A stretch of DNA of 64,000 nucleotides from Octopus sinensis (GCF_006345805.1 NC_043013.1:35588001-35652000); one strand, 5' to 3'; numbered from the stretch's first letter, positions 24,669-39,390 are shown. A program made the numbers and translations. Notes: generated by a model from the letters alone, not told the origin.

Positions 24669-25215
24669 ATATATACATACCTGCATACATACATACATAC
24701 ACACACATACATTTGTCAGCTGACAAATATGCTGACAAAAATAGGCGGTACCTGTAATTTAAAAGGACCACGTTTGCCACACTTTTTGTCATGCTGAATT
24801 TCCAAGAGAACTATGTTAAGAGTATGCATGTCTGCAGAGTGCTCAGCCACTTGCATGTTAATTTCATGAGTAGGCTGTTCCACTGATTGGATTAATTGGA
24901 ATTCTCATCTTCATAACCAATGGAATGCCAGTTAAGCCTTTCTGTTCTTGCCCAACATTCCTGATCATAGGAGAGAGAGAGAAACACTGACATTAAATTT
25001 ATGACTTGGTGGTGAAATTTTATTCTTAAAAGATGATATTTTTATTTCCATGGTTAGTGACCCCGAGTACAACTTAGTCTCATTCTCATGATACACTTGA
25101 GAAATTACAAGCCCTTCACTCTTAATCAAGTTATTTAACCTCTTCCTGAACAGCTTGGTATCTTCAATTGGCCCACATCATACTTCACCACTGGCAATTC
25201 TATTACCCATTCTGT

Positions 25216-25607
25216 GGAGGCGCAATGGCCCAGTGGTTAGGGCAGCGGACTCGCGGTCATAGGATCACGGTTTCGATTCCCAGACCGGGTGTTGTGAGTG
25301 TTTATTGAGCAAAAACACCTAAAGCTCCACGAGTCTCTGGCAGGGGATGGTGGTGATCCCTGCTGTACTCTTTCACCAGAACTTTCTCTCACTCTTACTT
25401 CCTGTTTCTGTTGTACCTGTATTTCAAAGGGCCGGCCTTGTCACTCTCTGTGGCACGCTGAATATCCCCGAGAACTACGTTAAGGGTACACGTGTCTGTG
25501 GAGTGCTCAGCCACTTACACGTTAATTTCACGAGCAGGCTGTTCCGTTGATTCGGATCAGCCGGAACCCTCATCGTCGTAACCGACGGAGTGCTTCCATC
25601 CATAACC
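25216..25607 (+). mobile_element. tRNA-headed SINE family C, full length, with an 11 bp TSD
   Basis: Head ggaggcgcaatggcccagtggttagggcagcggactcgcgg...ggtttcgattccc; acccattctgt at 25205-25215 and 25608-25618. Confidence 0.92.
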
Positions 25608-25859
25608 ACCCATTCTGTAGCAATTTCTAAATAACCGTAACCTCTCTGCTGTAATCAGCATCCAACAGCTCATTCCTCCCATGCCTAACCAGCATGGCAG
25701 CAACGTTTTCAAAGTCTGCAGCCTGCATGTTATTATCTCAGACTTGTTGACCGGTAAACCACCCGCTTCGTCACTTTCTGCCCCCAAGTTTCGTATCCCT
25801 TGCACCTCATACATTTATACCTTTACTTACACCAACGGAGGATATTTTATCTTTCACTT

Positions 25860-26091
25860 GTTTCAGGCATTGGAGTATGGTCATGCTGGAGCACACCTTT
25901 GAATGGTCTACTTGAAGAAATTGACCCCAGTGTTTATTTATTTATTTATTTATTTATTTTTAGATCTGGTACTTATTCTAGTCATCTCTTTTGTCAAACA
26001 GTTAATCTATGGTGATCTAAAGAAAGCAACATCATTGTCAAGCAGGTGGGGTTGGGAAAACAACAGAGGCACACACAAAACATGCATATAT

Positions 26092-26126
<35 letters not shown>

Positions 26127-26340
26127 TATGTCATATGTATGTATACATATTTATACTCACACACACACATACACATACACATATACAAATAGGAGCTTCC
26201 ATACAGTTTCCATCTACCAAATTCCCTCACAACAAAGACATTAGTTGGCCCAGAACTATGGTAGAAGACTCTTGCCCTGAAGCGCTGACCAATGGAGATG
26301 AATCTGAAACCGTGTGGTTGAACAGTGAGCTTTTTAACCT
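25860..26340 (-). mobile_element. Diverged SINE A with an expanded internal (TA)/(CA) tract
   Basis: Tail, body and head remnants flank a microsatellite. Confidence 0.65.
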
Positions 26341-26806
26341 GCATCATATTCCAAAGAAAATGCCTTAAGTCAGTCCTTAGTTTTCCATGCATCTCAATGT
26401 GTTTGCTTTCAAGTCCCACGCTCTCCACCAGCTCACACTGCTAAACCACCAGCATCTAAATTCCTATTAAGTTCCTGTTTCTGGTCCACAGATAGAGTCA
26501 CATGTTTCTTCCATAAATTAGTATTCTCATTTATAACTAGGATGGAAAATATAGGCTGAAAGATGCATAATAAATGCAACATCAGCTCGGCACAATGTTC
26601 ACACTCAAAGCTGGCTGTAGAAATCATTACTAACAGCTACATTGCACTCTTTACTCAGATTTCATCCTGTTTACCTGATATCTGGCTCAACAATGTCCAT
26701 TTTAACAAGGCCACACTTCTCTCTCTCTCTCTCACTCTTGTGTATGCATGTACATAAATGCATATATAAAAGTTATATATCTATAAGTATAAGCATTATA
26801 CTTATA

Positions 26807-26858
<52 letters not shown>

Positions 26859-26958
26859 GCATACATATTTATAGATAGATAGTTACATATATGTGTATAT
26901 ATATACATATGTATCTATGAGTGTATGTGTGTGCATGCATGTTTATATGTATGTATGT

Positions 26959-27027
<69 letters not shown>

Positions 27028-27788
27028 ATGATTGATTGACTGATTGGTTGATTGATAGATTGGTAGATGGATAAATGGATAGATACAGAGAGAGAGAGAG
27101 AGAGACATTAAAAGATCCACCCAACCACAATTATATGTGAAGAGTGTGTGGGTGTGTGTGTGTACCTTAGAATGTACCTTAGATTATTTAACAAGTAACC
27201 TTTCTGTGTGTAGGTCAAGAGCCAAATTGATTGAATTTTTACTTATGTGCATCAGTAAGCTAAGGGAAAATAAAACACAAATTGACTCATCATGTTAAAT
27301 GATTAAATAGGTTTGACAATACAATTGGAATTGAAGAAGAGATTAAGAAAGGGGAAAAGAAACACACAAAATAAAATGTAAATAAAAATAAGACAAATGC
27401 ATGACATAAAATGGATAAAAATTGAAGACGAAACCTTATCTCTCGTCTTTCAGTGAAAAATTATTGATAATAATGGCCACTCTCTTCAGTATTTGATGCA
27501 ATTCCGTCAAATTTCACCCTGAGATTACAAAAAGATGCTAAAGCCAAAAATACATACAAAAATATAAAAAAAAATAAAATGTTCGAAACCTGAAGCACAA
27601 AAAGTAAATAAAATAAGCTGTGAGAATATAAAAAAAAGGCAATTATATAAAGCATTAAAAAAAAATCATTCTGCAAAAAAATATATAATGTTGTGATAAA
27701 AAAATTTCATTTGACAAGATCCATTTAATGTGTGTGAAAGTGTATGTATATGCATGTGTGGATATATATCTATTTATATGTATGCATA

Positions 27789-27822
<34 letters not shown>

Positions 27823-27910
27823 GTTATATACATATACATTTGTTCATATATGTGCATTATACATACACATATCCACATATGCATGCAAACAAATACACTT
27901 ATAGAAAGAT

Positions 27911-27952
<42 letters not shown>

Positions 27953-27992
27953 TATATATATTATATATATATATTATATAATATATATATAC

Positions 27993-28041
<49 letters not shown>

Positions 28042-28414
28042 CTATTGATGCACAGACAGGCAGAGTGGCAAATAGACAGACAGACAGACTGACAGATAGA
28101 TAGATAGGTGGGCATGTAAATATGTGTGTGTCTGTGTTTGTGCCTATGTCTGTGTCAGTATGCATGTGTGTGTGTATGTGCATGTGCAACAATGTAAATA
28201 ATCTCTAAAGTGAAGAAATAAACCCACAACTTGAATCAGTGATTGTTGTTCATATGACTATGCAATTAAATTGACAGGTAAAATTTTCTTCCTCTCCCTG
28301 TGTATCTCTTCCAATAACCATCTTCAATTTTTTTTCTATCTTCCACTTCTATTTTTTTCTTATATTGTTAATTTCTGTATACATCATGTTACATTTTTTG
28401 TACGTACATGTGTC

Positions 28415-28490
<76 letters not shown>

Positions 28491-28499
28491 TACAATATA

Positions 28500-28542
<43 letters not shown>

Positions 28543-28994
28543 TACATATATATATATATATATTACACATATACATATAATATGTAGGTATATATATATA
28601 TATATATACATAATATATGTATGTTTGTATGCATGTATGTATATATGTATGTATGTATGTAAGCATGTACATATATGTGTGTGTGTGTGTTTATTCAGAA
28701 TGTTATAGAAAAAAGAAATCATCTAATTAAGTGGTCTGTCAATAAAAATAACGAGCCAATCAGCATAGCTGCAAATAGAAAAAGACATCTAGAGTGTGTA
28801 TGTGAGTTTTACATATATGTAAGTATATATACATATACATATGTATAATATATAATATATATATTAATATAATACAACATACTACATACGTACGATGTAC
28901 ATACATACTACATTACATACATACATATCATACATACATACATACATACATGATACATACATACATATATACATCTATACATATACATACAACG

Positions 28995-29049
<55 letters not shown>

Positions 29050-29056
29050 TATATAT

Positions 29057-29097
<41 letters not shown>

Positions 29098-29585
29098 CAG
29101 ACGGACAGAAATATATATGTGTGTGTGAATACATATATGTATGTAAGCATATACACCCTGACAACCAGATATCAACATCAACATCATCATCATCATCATT
29201 ACTGCCGTCATTGTCATTGTTGTCATCTTCAACCTCACCAGCCACATCATAAGTCCATCGTTTCCCTTTTCAAAGGTGTCATATAGACATACATACATAC
29301 ATACATACGTATGCACATATATATATGCATGTCAATATGCATGTATGTATGTATGTATGTATCTATATATATATATGTATGTATGTATGTATCTATATAT
29401 ATATATGTATGCATGTATGTAGATAGATAGATAGATAGATAGACAAAGAGAGAGAAATGAATACATCTGTGGATGATTCGATGTCATATTTGTGTAGTGA
29501 CATACATGCATGGATATGTGTTATTTTACATGTGAATGTATATATATATATATATATATGGCATATGTATATATATATATATATG

Positions 29586-29624
<39 letters not shown>

Positions 29625-29626
29625 TA

Positions 29627-29659
<33 letters not shown>

Positions 29660-30493
29660 GTATATATATATATATGTGTGTGTGTGTGAGTGTGTGTATT
29701 TGTATATATGTATGCATGTATCTATATATGCATGCATATGTGCAAGTATGTAAGTATGTATGTGTGTGTGTGTGTGTATATATATATACGAGGTTGCATG
29801 ACAATATTTTTTTTCGGCATACATTTTCTTTATTTTTTTTATGACTTAAAATGAATCAATTGAATCATTCATTTAAAACAGCAAGTCTCTCCCTGTCCCT
29901 ATGCCTACCCCTTCTCCTGGCCCTATTCCACTTCCAAAAAAAAAAAAAAAAGTAGGGTGGGGAATAAATAATAATCATATAAAACCTGAAGATATTTAAA
30001 TAAAAATATGACCAGTATGATTTTTAAATTTTTTTTTTGTTATTTCTTCTGTTACTGAAGGTAGTGGGGAAACTAAAAGTTAGCATTTAATGTAATTTTC
30101 AATACTGCAAGGATAACACAGGCAGACAGAATGTGGAAAAAAATACAAAGAAAAACAAACAAAACCAGTGTATTACATATACACACATACAGACTCATAT
30201 AAATACATGCAGACACATGCAAAGTCTCACTCACTCTCTCTGTCTCTCTCTTTTCCTTACTGTTTTCCTCACTTTCTATCTCTTCATGTCTCATACCAAT
30301 ATGTATCTATATACATACATACATACACACATACATACATACATATGTACATACGTACATATACATGCATGTATATATGTAAGCATGAACATATATGTAT
30401 GTGCATGTCTATATATATGTGTGTGTGTAAATATACATACACATATACACTCATATATATATACATATATACATATATATGTATATATATATA

Positions 30494-30542
<49 letters not shown>

Positions 30543-30590
30543 TAATATATATATATATGTATGTATGTATACATTTATGTGTGCGTGGTG

Positions 30591-30626
<36 letters not shown>

Positions 30627-31130
30627 ATATATATACACACATATGCATATGTATATATATATACACACACACATAAAGCATAGACACATATAATGACATA
30701 CACACATGCATAGAAATACATTTACACACACTAGTTTCTCACACATTTCTGTCCCACTCTTGCACCACACAAATAAACACCCTTATAACAGAGACAAGTT
30801 TACACGCATACACATACGCATAAATATATTCATACATCATCACATACACATATCTTACTGATGCACAAATCCACAGCAACGGGAATGCTCTTATGCAAAT
30901 TATATCATGACACATATTCATATGCATACACACACATGCACTCAAATTCTCACTGACACATACACTGCAATACAGTGACACATATGCATACAACACACAC
31001 ACACACACAGTAGGGAATATTTTCAAATACCTACATATAGTTATGACATATGCATAAGAACCTATAAACACATACATATTGCTATGCATTTGAACATACA
31101 TACACGTGTATAAACATACCCAAATGAACT

Positions 31131-31186
<56 letters not shown>

Positions 31187-31278
31187 ATATATATACACAC
31201 CTATCTATATATATATATATGGCATAAATAATATATATATAGATGGTATATATGATATATATATATATATTATATATA

Positions 31279-31318
<40 letters not shown>

Positions 31319-31334
31319 CTATCTATATATATAT

Positions 31335-31374
<40 letters not shown>

Positions 31375-31709
31375 CATATCATATATATTATGCATACATA
31401 TATCTTTTTATATTATATATACATGTGTATGTGTACATATATTTCCTACATACATTATGTATGTATGTGTGTGTCTGTGTGCATGTGTGTATGTATTTTT
31501 GTATGTATGCATGTATACATGTTTGTATAATGATAATGACATACATATGAATGCACACATGCACACACACACACACACATTCACATGCATGCAAGAACAA
31601 TAATGAAAATGATATTAAACAGGGGTGGTGCAGGTGTAGGGATGTTTTTTTATTCGGCAATAGATGATTAGTTGAAATAAACAAAAACAATAAAAGTTAT
31701 TTAACTGAT

Positions 31710-31857
31710 AATAATGGTGATGATGATGATGATGATGATGATGAGGTGATGATGATGATGATGATGATGGTGATGATGGCCATGATGATGATGAGGATGG
31801 TGATGGTGGTGATTGGGATGATGATGATGAGGAGGATGGTGGTGATGATGGTGATGG

Positions 31858-31897
<40 letters not shown>

Positions 31898-31940
31898 AAT
31901 GATGATGATGATGATGATGATGATTATGATGATGATGATA

Positions 31941-31972
<32 letters not shown>

Positions 31973-32015
31973 AATGATGATGATGATGATGATGATGATT
32001 ATGATGATGATGATA

Positions 32016-32078
<63 letters not shown>

Positions 32079-32305
32079 ATGATGATTATGATGATGATAA
32101 TGATGATGATTATGATGATGGCCATGATGATGATGAGGATGGTGGTGGTGGTGATGGGGATGATGATGATGAAGAGGAGGATAATGATGATGTTGATGAT
32201 GAGCAATGGGAAATAAAGTGTCTTGCTCAAGAATGCAACACAGGGCTGAGAATTGATGATGATGATGATGATGATGAGGAGGAGGAGGAGGAGGAGGAGG
32301 AGGAT
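31710..32305. repeat. Very long (GAT)n microsatellite
   Basis: Directly visible. Confidence 0.97.
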
Positions 32306-32916
32306 GAAGATAGTAAAAAAAATTTGTCATTGAGAAATCATTTGAAAACACAACTAAAAGAGAATTTTAAAGCGTGTGTATGTGTGGGTATGTGTGGGTA
32401 TGTATGTGTGTATGTGGGTATGCGGGTATGTCTGTGTGTGTGTGTGTGCATGTGTACATATACATAAATGTATGTCTGTATGTGTAACCGACAAATGAAT
32501 AAATACTAAGGAAAACAAACAAGAACAGTAACAAGAACATTTTACATATTGTTGTTGTTGTTGTTGCTGTTGTCGTTTTAACTAGTAAATCTATTTCTTA
32601 TGTTGTTGGTATTATCAACATCCTCATCATCATTATATTAACGACGATGATGATGACGATGACGACTATGATGCTGATAATGGGGAAGGGGGAAGGAAGG
32701 GAAGGTGGTGGAGGACGAGGAGGATGATGGGGATAATGATGATGAGGAGTGGGAGGAAGAAGATGCTGATGGTGCTTACTGCATGTTTTTTTTTATCAAA
32801 TTTCATTATCATTATTATTATTATTATTGTCATCATTTTTACCATCGTTATCCACATCATCATCGTCGGCATCATTATCATCATCAATATCTTCATCAAC
32901 ATCGTTATTGCTGTTA

Positions 32917-32950
<34 letters not shown>

Positions 32951-33391
32951 TACCATCAACATTATTATTGTTGTTGTTGTTGTTGTTATCATTATTATTA
33001 TTATTATCGTTATTTTAATTATCATTATTGTTATTATTGCATTTATTTGATTCTCTCTTTTTATTTTATAAATTTATGGTGATTTCTTCTTCCAGCATTT
33101 TTATGTTTAAATATTAGGCGTCTTCAATAGTTCTTGTTATGTAAATATCAATAAGAATTTGGTATGGGCATTTCTTAGCATAGAAATTTTTGCTCTGTTC
33201 AATGCGATTCATCAAAGTTCTTTGTTGTAAAACAAACCGCAAGTCTTGGGCTATTGCTTCATAAAAACCTCAAATCATTTATGCTGAATGTATATCACCA
33301 TATATATATATATATATAATATATATATATACCACCACCCATTCCTCCACACACATTTTATATATATATATATATTGGCAGATAGATAGAA

Positions 33392-33464
<73 letters not shown>

Positions 33465-34023
33465 TATGTATATATACTTGTGTGTGTGTGTTTGTATGTC
33501 AATGTGGGAGTAAAAGGAGGAATGATATATGGTTGCTTGCACATATACTTATGCTGACATGTATACAAACACAAAAGAAAAATGACATACAAGATATATA
33601 TACCATGTATATCATAAAACTACAATCATTTACCCATATATATATATATATCCAAATATATACATGTATATATGTATGCATGTGTGTATGTATGCATATA
33701 TATATAAAACAACTGTATGGTTGTGTATGAGATTGTATGCGCTTGTGTATATGAGTGTTTCATTAAATACGCAACTGTAGTTGTTATTAATCAGCGCAAT
33801 CTATATACCTTCCAAACCTCCCATACACCATCTCATGTATATAGTTCTTGGTTTCTACTAGTAAATTAAAAGTTTGTATGTGTGTATATATACTTAAACA
33901 TATATAAATATTTATTCTCTGTGCGGTGTGTGTATATATATATATGCATATACAAACATATTTATATATATATATACATTTATATATATATATATATGCA
34001 TATACACATATATACATATATAT

Positions 34024-34067
<44 letters not shown>

Positions 34068-34844
34068 TCACACACACACATGCATATATATACATATATA
34101 AAACCAATAATCGTCTTTGTGTTTCGAGGACCATTTAGATACAATTCAAACTAGGTCTATAGAACATGATTCTGCTGCGATCATGTTAATATTATATTTG
34201 TTTGTTATGCTGAATAAAAATAATAATGAAGACGATGACGATGATGATAATAACAATAATAATAATAATAATAATAATAATAAGTCACCCTCAAATAGGC
34301 TCAAGGCTTTAGAAACATTGCAAAAAACTGAAAAATGTATATATTGGATTTTAAATCTCATTTGTTTTCTTTTTGTCTGCTTTTTTTTTCGTTCTTTTTT
34401 TTTATCAAGTAGCATAGCAACAGAAAAAAAATGCCAAAAACCTTCTTTAAAACAGTGAATGATCTGGGTGGGGGTATAGAGAAGGAGAGTGAAAGAGAGA
34501 GAATGAGAGTGAATGAGAGATTGCAAAAGAGAATTCCAGAATTAGAATATCTGCCCTATTAATAAGAAGTTCAATCATGTGTTTTTATCATTTTTTTTAA
34601 TGAAACATTTGTATAAGAAAAAGCTGCTGCAAAATTTTTATGTTGTTTTTTTAAATAAAAATCACTTTTATTTCTCTCTGTCATCTTCTTTTCTGCCTGT
34701 CTCTCTCCCTTTCCTCCCTCTCTCTCTTTCATGTACACTCTTTTTTCTTTGTCTTTTTTTCATTTCATATAATAACCATGATATTAACATGGGTGGAAAA
34801 TTTGGCTTACGGTGGTACAAATTTGAGTGTACATCATTGTTGCC

Positions 34845-35360
34845 ATCATAATCATCCATGTCGTCTTTATCTTCATCGTCATCGTCATCATCATCATCAT
34901 CATCATCGTCGTCGTCGTCGTCGTCGTCGTTGTCATCAATATCATCATCATTGTCCTCATCATTGTTGTTGTCTTCATAATCATCATCACCATCGTCATC
35001 ATCATTACCATAATCATCATCATTATCATCATCACCGCCATCACCATCATCATTGTCATCATCGTCGGCATCATCATCGTCGTCGTCATCATCGTCGTCT
35101 TCATCATCATCATCATCATAATCATCAACACTGTTATCATCATTATCGTCATCATCATTATCATCATCATCAACATCATCGTCGTCATCATCCTCATTAC
35201 CATAATCATCATCATCATCATCATCATTGTCATCGTCGTCGTCATCATCATCATCATCATCCTCTTTATCATCGTCATCATCATCATCATCATCATCTTT
35301 AGCCTCATTATTTATCATTGTTATCATCCTCATTGCCATTATCCCTATCATCGTTATCGT
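34845..35360. repeat. Long (CAT/CGT)n microsatellite
   Basis: Directly visible. Confidence 0.97.
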
Positions 35361-36132
35361 CATTTTATGGGCATCTTCCATGTTGGATTCCATCTTATTT
35401 CCAGTCAATACTTATTTGGCGTTAATGCTTTCATGGATATGCTGGAGTACTACGCATTGCTCATATGCTTCCTTTTTTTTTTTTTTGCTTAGTTCTATAA
35501 TTGAATGACATTCCTATCATTGAACCCTTTAAATAGTGTATAGGGTATATTTTAATGTTGCATCAGTGAAAGAGAATTTGTCATATGACTAGCAAGAGAA
35601 ACATAAAAAGGTTTTCATGACCCTGCACTTTCTCTGCTTATTCTCCAACCCCTTATTAAAGTAAATTACATACAGTCTATTGTGACACCAGCACCAGCGG
35701 GGTTGCCTTGTATTTTGAAACCATAAAGAATATTCACTACTTTAACCCTTTTGATACCAGCCTGCCTGAGAGTCCTCCACTCCTGATTGTATGATACAAA
35801 CTTTGTTTTGAAGTAAACTAAATGAAAATATTGTTATATTTCAGGATGGTAATTTTTTTATTTTTTGTTTCCTAAATAAATACACACACACACACACACA
35901 CTTTGTATTTATTCTTCACTCGTCTAATATTGTTATTTTTTTATCCATTGTCTGGAAATCTTTCATCACATGTCCTGTGACCTCTTCAGCAACTCTCCAC
36001 CCCATGTGTCTCTTCCTCACATTAAAAATTTTGAAAAGCAAATATATAAACATAACTAAATGTAAACTTTCTCCAAAAGCCGTCTGTTAATTTATGTTCT
36101 GAACACCAGATTTATAATTTCTTTCTGTATAA

Positions 36133-36425
36133 AGGCAGTGTAGCTAAGTGGTAAGAAGATTCGGTTCACAACTGTAACATCATCAGTTTGATTCCCAATG
36201 GTATGTTGTGTCCTTGAGCAAGACACTTTATTTCTTGTTGTTTCAGTCCTCTCAGCTGGCAAGAATGAGTGGTATCTGTATCCCAAATGATCAGCCTTGC
36301 CGCACTCTGTGTCACATTGTATCTTCCTAAGAAATATGTGATGGGGTAGGTGTATCTGTGGAGTACTCAGCCACTTGTACATTAATTTCATAAGTAAGCC
36401 ATTCCATTGATCAGATGGATTGGAA
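36133..36425 (+). mobile_element. Diverged SINE C-related element
   Basis: ggcagtgtagctaagtggtaag head; tgtctgtggagtactcagccacttgtacattaatttc end. Confidence 0.6.
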
Positions 36426-36619
36426 CCCCTGTCCCCTTAATCGATGGAGTTGCTGTTGTTTGTTCCTTCTCAAGCCATGCCAGGCTCATAAGAGCCAGTT
36501 TCTAGTTTCATTGGCGTACAGCTTCCCCACCTGGATGGGACGCCGGTCTGTCACAGATGAGCTGCAAGATACAGGAGGAAAGAGTGAGAGAAAGTTGTGG
36601 TAAAGTTGAGTCAGCAGAA

Positions 36620-37073
36620 TGCAGTTCTATATTTTAGAGATGAGGAATTATGTACATTATTCACATTTGATGGATATTTATCCTCATCTTGTTAGTTGTT
36701 AACACAACGTTTTGGCTGATATACCCTCCAGCCCTTATCTAACTTTCCTGTGTAGATGTAGAGACTCAAAGCTAATACCACCTGGCTTGAATATAATGAC
36801 ACCAGTGGATTCATATAAAGCTAGAAGAGTAGCGGAACGGGCAGGACATGCTCTCATCTGTGAGAGGATCCATTACAACTGTTGGAAAAATCATCAACTA
36901 AATAATAACGATAATAATAATAATAGCGAAAAATATCTTACGAATGAGAACCCAGGTTCGAAATTTCCCCAAGACACCTGATGAAGGTTGGAGGGTATAT
37001 CAGCAAAACGTTGTGTTAACAACAAACAAGATGAGGACATATATCCGTCAAATGTAAATAATGTAAAAAAGAT
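36620..37073 (+). mobile_element. Penelope-like element insertion (inverted pseudo-LTR pair plus N-terminal ORF remnant) inside a SINE C-like copy, with a 9 bp TSD
   Basis: Arms 36653-36734 and 36983-37065 are inverted. The interior encodes LTFLCRCRDSKLIPPGL...ARRVAERAGHALICERI. tcagcagaa occurs at 36611-36619 and 37074-37082. Confidence 0.8.
36973..37017 (+). ncRNA. Degenerate minimal type I hammerhead ribozyme motif in a Penelope-like terminus
   Basis: GACAC-CTGATGA-aggttg(n10)cagc-AAAAC-GTT-GTGTT; stem I pairs; the GAAA core has decayed. Confidence 0.55.
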
Positions 37074-37839
37074 TCAGCAGAAGTTCGCCATTGCCTTCTG
37101 CCAGAGCTGCATGGAGCTTAGGTGTTTTGCTTATAAATACACACATCGTCCAGTCTGAGATTCAAACCCACGATCCTTTGACCACAAGTCCGCTGCTCTA
37201 ACCACGATTGATGAAATACTAGTGAATAATGCTTTCTACTATAGGTATGAGGCCTGAAAGTTTGGGGTAGTAAGGTAGTTCATAACATTGACCCCTGTAC
37301 CCAACTGGTACTTTTTTTATCAACTCTGAAAAGATGAAAGACAAAGTCAACCTCTGATAATGGCAAAAAATATCTTGCTAAACACTTTGTTATTTTTCTA
37401 AATTAATTGAAACAAAATTTGTGTATTTTGACAGAAATATGGCTATAAAAGTGTAACGCATGTGTTTGCCGAAGGCAACACGGCAGAGGAGATTAATAGA
37501 AGAGAAATTGATGATAGATGAGCCTGGGTGGGTGGATGAAAATAATATGATGGGAAAAATGGAGGAACTGTGGTAAAATGTAGAACTGAGTTATGGGTAA
37601 CACTAGAGGTGGATAGTAGATACGGGTAAATGGTATTTGACAGTAAGTAACCACTTCACAGGCACACATGTACCATCATTATCATCATTATTATCAACTT
37701 TATCAAAGTTGTCATTGCCATCATCGGTGTCTTTGTCATTGGTGGCAGCAGCAGTGGCAGCAGTGGCAGCAGTGGCAGCGGTGGTGGTGGCTGTGGCTGC
37801 TTCATCAACATCATTGTCATCATTGTTCGTTAATGTTCA

Positions 37840-38040
37840 TGTCATGTAAAAAGCACTCAGCCTACTCTGCAGGGTGGTTGGTTTTAGGAAGGGCATCCAG
37901 CTACAAAAAAACCATACTGAAACAGACACGGTTGCCTGGTAGTCTTCTACTTGGCTAGCTCTTGTTAAACCGTCCAACCCATGCCAGCATGAAAAGCAGA
38001 TGTTAAACAATAATGATGATGACAGTGATGATGATGATGA
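37840..38040 (+). mobile_element. RTE-type 3' end with (GAT)n tail
   Basis: ttaggaagggcatccagc...caacccatgccagcatgaaaagcagatgttaaac. Confidence 0.7.
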
Positions 38041-38224
38041 TGACGATGATGATGATGGCAATGATGATAATGACGATGACGACGACGACGACGATGATGA
38101 TGATGATGAGGGTGATGATGTTCCATATAGACATGGATTGGACGAGTGATAAGAGGTCAATGGATGCCCTGAATGAGGTTGGTCTTCAAGCAACAAGTGA
38201 TCATTCTCGAAGCGTGAAAACCAC

Positions 38225-38648
38225 TCTCTTTTACTCTTTTACTTCTTTCAGTGGTTTGACTGTGGCCATGCTGGAGCACCGCCATTAGTCGAGCAAATCA
38301 CCCCCAAGACTTATTCTTTGTAAGCCTAGTACATATTCTATCGGTCTCTTTTGCCGAACCGCTAAGTTACGGGGACGTAAACACACCAGCATCGGTTGTC
38401 AAGCGATGTTGGAAGGACAAACACAGACACACACAAACACACGCACATACACACATATATATATATATAGGTATATACATATATACGATGGGCTTCTTTC
38501 AGTTTCGGTCTATCAAATCCACTCACAAGGCTTTGGTCGGCCCGATGCTATAGTAGAAGACACTTACCCAAGGTACCACGCAGTGGGACTGAACCAAGAA
38601 CCATGTGGTTGGTAAGCAAGCTACTTACCACATAGCCACTCCTGCGCC
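38225..38648 (-). mobile_element. SINE family A, full length
   Basis: Close match to the family. Confidence 0.9.
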
Positions 38649-38649
38649 T

Positions 38650-38971
38650 ATTTGTTTTGCTCATGACACAACATCCTTGTCAACTGTTTGGAGCACTACA
38701 ATTGTTTCAGTCACCGTTTTCCCCAGAAGAAAACAGAATTTCATGGAAGCACGCTGTTCCTTTGCTTTAGCTAACACAAAAATAGACGAACGGGGAAGAA
38801 GCACTGCAAAACAAAGACACACCATGTGACAGTATGACCTCACTCGATGATGCCAGTAAGCATGCTGATGCCTGAGGGTCGCATTGAGTGGCTTCTAGCA
38901 GTTGAATCCTGAACTACAATGGGCTTTCCCACAGAAAACGTTTCTGATTGCTTTTGGAAACCTCCTCACAT
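38650..38971 (-). mobile_element. mariner-like transposon 5' remnant (TIR plus transposase N-terminus)
   Basis: EQRASMKFCFLLGKTVTETIVVLQT matches the mariner HTH N-terminus; the end reads TA-tgtgaggaggtttccaaaagc on the minus strand. Confidence 0.75.
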
Positions 38972-38989
38972 ATGTATGTATGTATGTAT

Positions 38990-39390
38990 AGGCACAGGAG
39001 TGGCTGTGTGGTAAGTAACTTGCTTACCAACCACATGGTTCCAGGTTCAGTCCCACTGCGTGGTACCTTGGACAAGTGTCTTCTACTATTGCCTTGGGCT
39101 GACCAAAGCCCTGCGAGTGGATTTGGTAGATGGAAACTGAAGGAATCCCGTCGTATATATGTATATGTATATGTGTGTATATGTTTGTGTGTCTGTGTTT
39201 GCCCCCTAACATCGCTTGACAACCGATGTTGGTGTGTTTACGTCCCTGTAACTTAGCAGTTCGACAAAAAAGACCAATAGAATAAGTACTAGGCTTACAA
39301 AGAATAAGTCCTGGGGTCGATTTGCTTGACTAAAGGTGGTGCTCCAGCATGGCAACAGTCAAATGACTGAAACAAGTAAAAGAGTAAAGA
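38990..39390 (+). mobile_element. SINE family A, full length
   Basis: Close match to the family. Confidence 0.9.

Noticed and set aside
25216-25290. tRNA-like sequences at SINE heads
   Set aside because: A and B boxes are present but continue directly into SINE bodies with no complete cloverleaf; they are not tRNA genes.
26380-26700. Possible degraded RT fragment on the minus strand
   Set aside because: Similarity (CIFQPIFSILVINE) is too weak to call.
31697-32351. Long poly-His/poly-Ile/poly-Met ORFs (also at 34.7-35.5 kb, 62.2-62.9 kb, 3.3-3.9 kb)
   Set aside because: Read-through of (GAT)n/(CAT)n microsatellites; open on both strands, with no splice or codon evidence.
33811-33824. 14 bp match tccaaacctcccat shared with 59120-59133
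   Set aside because: Exact matches of this length are expected by chance within a 64 kb biased-composition window.
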